Part shown: piece by piece, positions 60,499-64,000 of the stretch | Position numbering within the stretch: position 1 is the stretch's first letter | How the letters are laid out: every line of letters begins with the position of its first letter | NCBI GenBank assembly: GCA_051294375.1 | Contig: CM119264.1 | Coordinates: 23,247,955-23,311,954, forward strand | Direction of reading: 5' to 3' | Length of the DNA: 64,000 nt | Origin: Paraspadella gotoi | Taxonomy: Eukaryota; Animalia; Chaetognatha | Program-made: the position numbers and the translations under genes | Notes under the pieces: model-generated | What the model was told of the DNA's origin: nothing | Database searches by the model: none | Seen by the model: only the letters and a program-made list of their open reading frames with translations

Positions 60499-63400
60499 CT
60501 GAAAGGAAATTTAGACAAATTGTTACGAATAGCGCTTAATCCTTCGCTGAACATTTTGTTGTCATTAATTTGTATTGTGTCGTTTTCGAATCAATTTTAA
60601 TTGTGATTTTCTTGACAGGATTCCCTCGCTCTTCTTAAACTGATCTAGAACAGTTAACGTAAAATGATCTCAAGAGGAAGTGTAAAACCTGTAATATCTT
60701 TGTTTGTGAGTTTGTCACAAGACTAAGTCATACTAAATTTATTCTTCCCTTTGTTAATGCGGCCTTGACATACGCCTTCGCGATGGGAATTTAATAAAAA
60801 CGTCTCTGTCTCTATTTCCGATTTTTTCTTATTTTTTCCTTGTTTCTTCTATTCGACTCTTAATTCTAAATTTACATTTGTTTTTATTCATCTTATTATT
60901 GCTATTTTTTTTTTCTCTTCTCTTTTCAATCACTTTTCAGATAAAATATTTCTGTAGCTATCTTTCATCTCTTCTCCCTTGCTTATTCTCTTTTGTATCT
61001 TCATCTCTTANNNNNNNNNNNNNNNNNNNNNNNNNNNNNNNNNNNNNNNNNNNNNNNNNNNNNNNNNNNNNNNNNNNNNNNNNNNNNNNNNNNNNNNNNN
61101 NNNNNNNNNNNNNNNNNNNNNNNNNNNNNNNNNNNNNNNNNNNNNNNNNNNNNNNNNNNNNNNNNNNNNNNNNNNNNNNNNNNNNNNNNNNNNNNNNNNN
61201 NNNNNNNNNNNNNNNNNNNNNNNNNNNNNNNNNNNNNNNNNNNNNNNNNNNNNNNNNNNNNNNNNNNNNNNNNNNNNNNNNNNNNNNNNNNNNNNNNNNN
61301 NNNNNNNNAACAATAATGAAGACGAGAAAAATAAGAAAAACAAAGACAAATGATAGAGATTGACTGTCTAATGTCTACTGTCTTCAGTCAACTGTCAACT
61401 GTCAACTGTCAACTGTCCACTGTCAACCTCGAAAATGTCTTTGATTTTTTTTTCCGGAAATTTTCATTTTCTGCAGACTCACCTTATATGACAAAGCCAT
61501 TCATTCACTACACCCCTTCCATATTCCCACCTGTACCCTTGCCCCTTCTCCTTTCTNNNNNNNNNNNNNNNNNNNNNNNNNNNNNNNNNNNNNNNNNNNN
61601 NNNNNNNNNNNNNNNNNNNNNNNNNNNNNNNNNNNNNNNNNNNNNNNNNNNNNNNNNNNNNNNNNNNNNNNNNNNNNNNNNNNNNNNNNNNNNNNNNNNN
61701 NNNNNNNNNNNNNNNNNNNNNNNNNNNNNNNNNNNNNNNNNNNNNNNNNNNNNNNNNNNNNNNNNNNNNNNNNNNNNNNNNNNNNNNNNNNNNNNNNNNN
61801 NNNNNNNNNNNNNNNNNNNNNNNNNNNNNNNNNNNNNNNNNNNTCGCTCGCTCGCTCGCTCGCTCGCTTTTCCGTCAGTTCTTTTGTGTCCGCGCTACAA
61901 AAACTTTGATAAATAAGGCCCCGGGGTCGCTTTCCACTGAAAATCAAGGAAAGGTCGTAGGCTTTTCTCTCTCCCAGTCTCACTCTCGCCCTTCTCCACA
62001 TTCTCTTTCTCTACCCTTATTCTTTCTTTCTTTCTGCTACAGACTGTTTCCGTCCCCACCCTTTCAATATCTCTTTTCGTTCAATGCGGCCCGTCGCGCG
62101 CATTTTGCTACTGGCTTTAACAGACATTTATTTGCCCACCTGACTGCCCTAAGCGCAACGTAAGAGGCCTGCATGACAGACAACTTCGAAATAACCGTGC
62201 TGAAGTTGGAGAGTCTGCTGCAGAAAGGCCATAATATATGAAGCAAAATGGCCAAGCTTTCTTCCTGAGAGGCCCTCTCCAATGAAACCCCAAAAAACCT
62301 TCATCCCGAGTGGCCAACCCAGCACATAGAGCACACCAGCTCACCTCCCCCTCCGCGAGAGGGCAGCAAAGGGCACAACAACCGTTTTTTTCTTTTGTTT
62401 GTTTTCTTTACTTTTTTTTAGTATTTATTTCCTGTGCTGCACCACCTGCTTTCCCGGTCCCCCTTTCCGACCTTCTCCCCTTCCTATCTCTCCTTTTCTA
62501 CTATTCTTACTTTTCCTTCAGTTGTGATTACATTCTACTTTTCTTTTTTTATTTTCAATTCAACTTGTTCTTTATACTACATAGGCGGGAAACCAACTGT
62601 ATTTTTGAAAGAAAAAGTAAAAGAAAAACGTGGACGAAACTGTACAGTTTTCTTTGCGCTTCCTTTCCTCTCCTTTTTCTGTTCCCTTCCTCACCCAAAG
62701 AGCTCACCCTCCCGGTTCCAACGCCCAAACCCGAATTTCCCCTCCCAAGTTTCCGGCTTTTGATTCCCAGGATCTGTTTGGCATATTGTCCGATTTCGTC
62801 GCCATGGAAACGAATTTGGCTTTCGACGTGTTTTTTGCCTTCCGAATTCTTCGCTTTTTCAGCTTTTTTATATTTTTCTCTCTCTTTTCGGCTTTTCCTT
62901 TATGTTTGGGCTTTTTATGTTGTTTCGGCTTATTCTTTTTCTTTTATTTGCTTTGCCTTTGGGAGGGGGAGCTGGAGATTATTACTATGATATATTTTTA
63001 GTTTGTAATAAACTTTTACGCGTTTTAAAACTTAAACATTTCCATATCTTTTTTTTCTTGATCTTTTCATTTCTTACATAAATAAAATCTTTTCTTTTTC
63101 NNNNNNNNNNNNNNNNNNNNNNNNNNNNNNNNNNNNNNNNNNNNNNNNNNNNNNNNNNNNNNNNNNNNNNNNNNNNNNNNNNNNNNNNNNNNNNNNNNNN
63201 NNNNNNNNNNNNNNNNNNNNNNNNNNNNNNNNNNNNNNNNNNNNNNNNNNNNNNNNNNNNNNNNNNNNNNNNNNNNNNNNNNNNNNNNNNNNNNNNNNNN
63301 NNNNNNNNNNNNNNNNNNNNNNNNNNNNNNNNNNNNNNNNNNNNNNNNNNNNNNNNNNNNNNNNNNNNNNNNNNNNNNNNNNNNNNNNNNNNNNNNNNNN

Positions 63401-64000
63401 NNNNNNNNNNNNNNNNNNNNNNNNNNNNNNNNNNNNNNNNNNNNNNNNNNNNNNNNNNNNNNNNNNNNNNNNNNNNNNNNNNNNNNNNNNNNNNNNNNNN
63501 NNNNNNNNNNNNNNNNNNNNNNNNNNNNNNNNNNNNNNNAAAAAAAAGATAACTTTCCTCCGCCGAAAAATACGGCGACGGGTTCGGCGTTGTGTCTGCG
63601 GCGTCGGCAGCGGCGAAGGCGGCGTCGGCTGCATCAGCGTCGCTCTAGCGTGACGCCATTTTTTTATTCGGGTCCGGAAATTTGCGTCGCATCGAGGGTG
63701 ACCCGTTTATGACAATCGTAATTCGCTCAGGAGAGAAAAAAAGTGGCAAAAAATGGCCGAAAAAAAAAGAGGAAAAAAGGAAAAGGATAGAATAACTATT
63801 TTCGGTTTCCGGAAGGTAAAAAAGAAGAATGAGCGCGGAAATTATATATGAATCGTCTGAGAAAGAAAGGTTTAGGGTGAGTTTTAAAGTTGTTTTTTTT
63901 ACTTATTCTCCGGTATAAACTATTATGTCGACTTTTTGTTTCTTTCGCGATATTCTGAACTTATGTTCATCTCTTTAAACCTACCCTTATTTCATCCCCA

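Larger units (their letters stand above)
53715..63875 (+). repeat. Tandem duplication: ~53715-59259 repeated as ~59285-63875 across a short N gap
   Basis: Colinear unique matches, e.g. cccctcgggtcaaggt (53962/59502), gtcatgcccagcataggcc (54661/60202), ccctccgcgagagggcagcaaagggcac (57703/62349). Confidence 0.92.

Overview
Animal (protostome-like) genomic DNA from an error-rich, partly unpolished long-read assembly, with many (AG)n/(GAC)n/(TTTA)n microsatellites, N runs, and duplicated or fold-back segments. Three protein-coding loci can be read. (1) A divergent Na+/Ca2+ exchanger (NCX/SLC8/Calx type, 11 visible exons, + strand, 1-4370) with two Calx-beta domains and altered alpha-repeat ion-binding motifs. 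(2) A SoxD-group HMG-box gene (Sox5/6/13, Sox102F, egl-13 type, - strand). Its HMG exon lies at ~60.4 kb (second copy ~54.9 kb) and its downstream exons at ~7.8-9.0 kb (second copy ~21.2-22.5 kb), so most of the window is apparently one SoxD intron. (3) A frameshift-riddled NACHT/NLR-like STAND NTPase reading frame (- strand, ~36.4-41.0 kb, partial copy at 31.6-33.2 kb) inside that intron. Duplicated blocks differ by a tRNA-derived SINE-like insertion and by a 5-unit higher-order minisatellite block, suggesting uncollapsed haplotypes. The ~920-nt poly(A) and several scrambled stretches are most likely sequencing or assembly artefacts. I found no convincing wholly new system; the nested NLR-like gene and the non-canonical NCX are the best leads.
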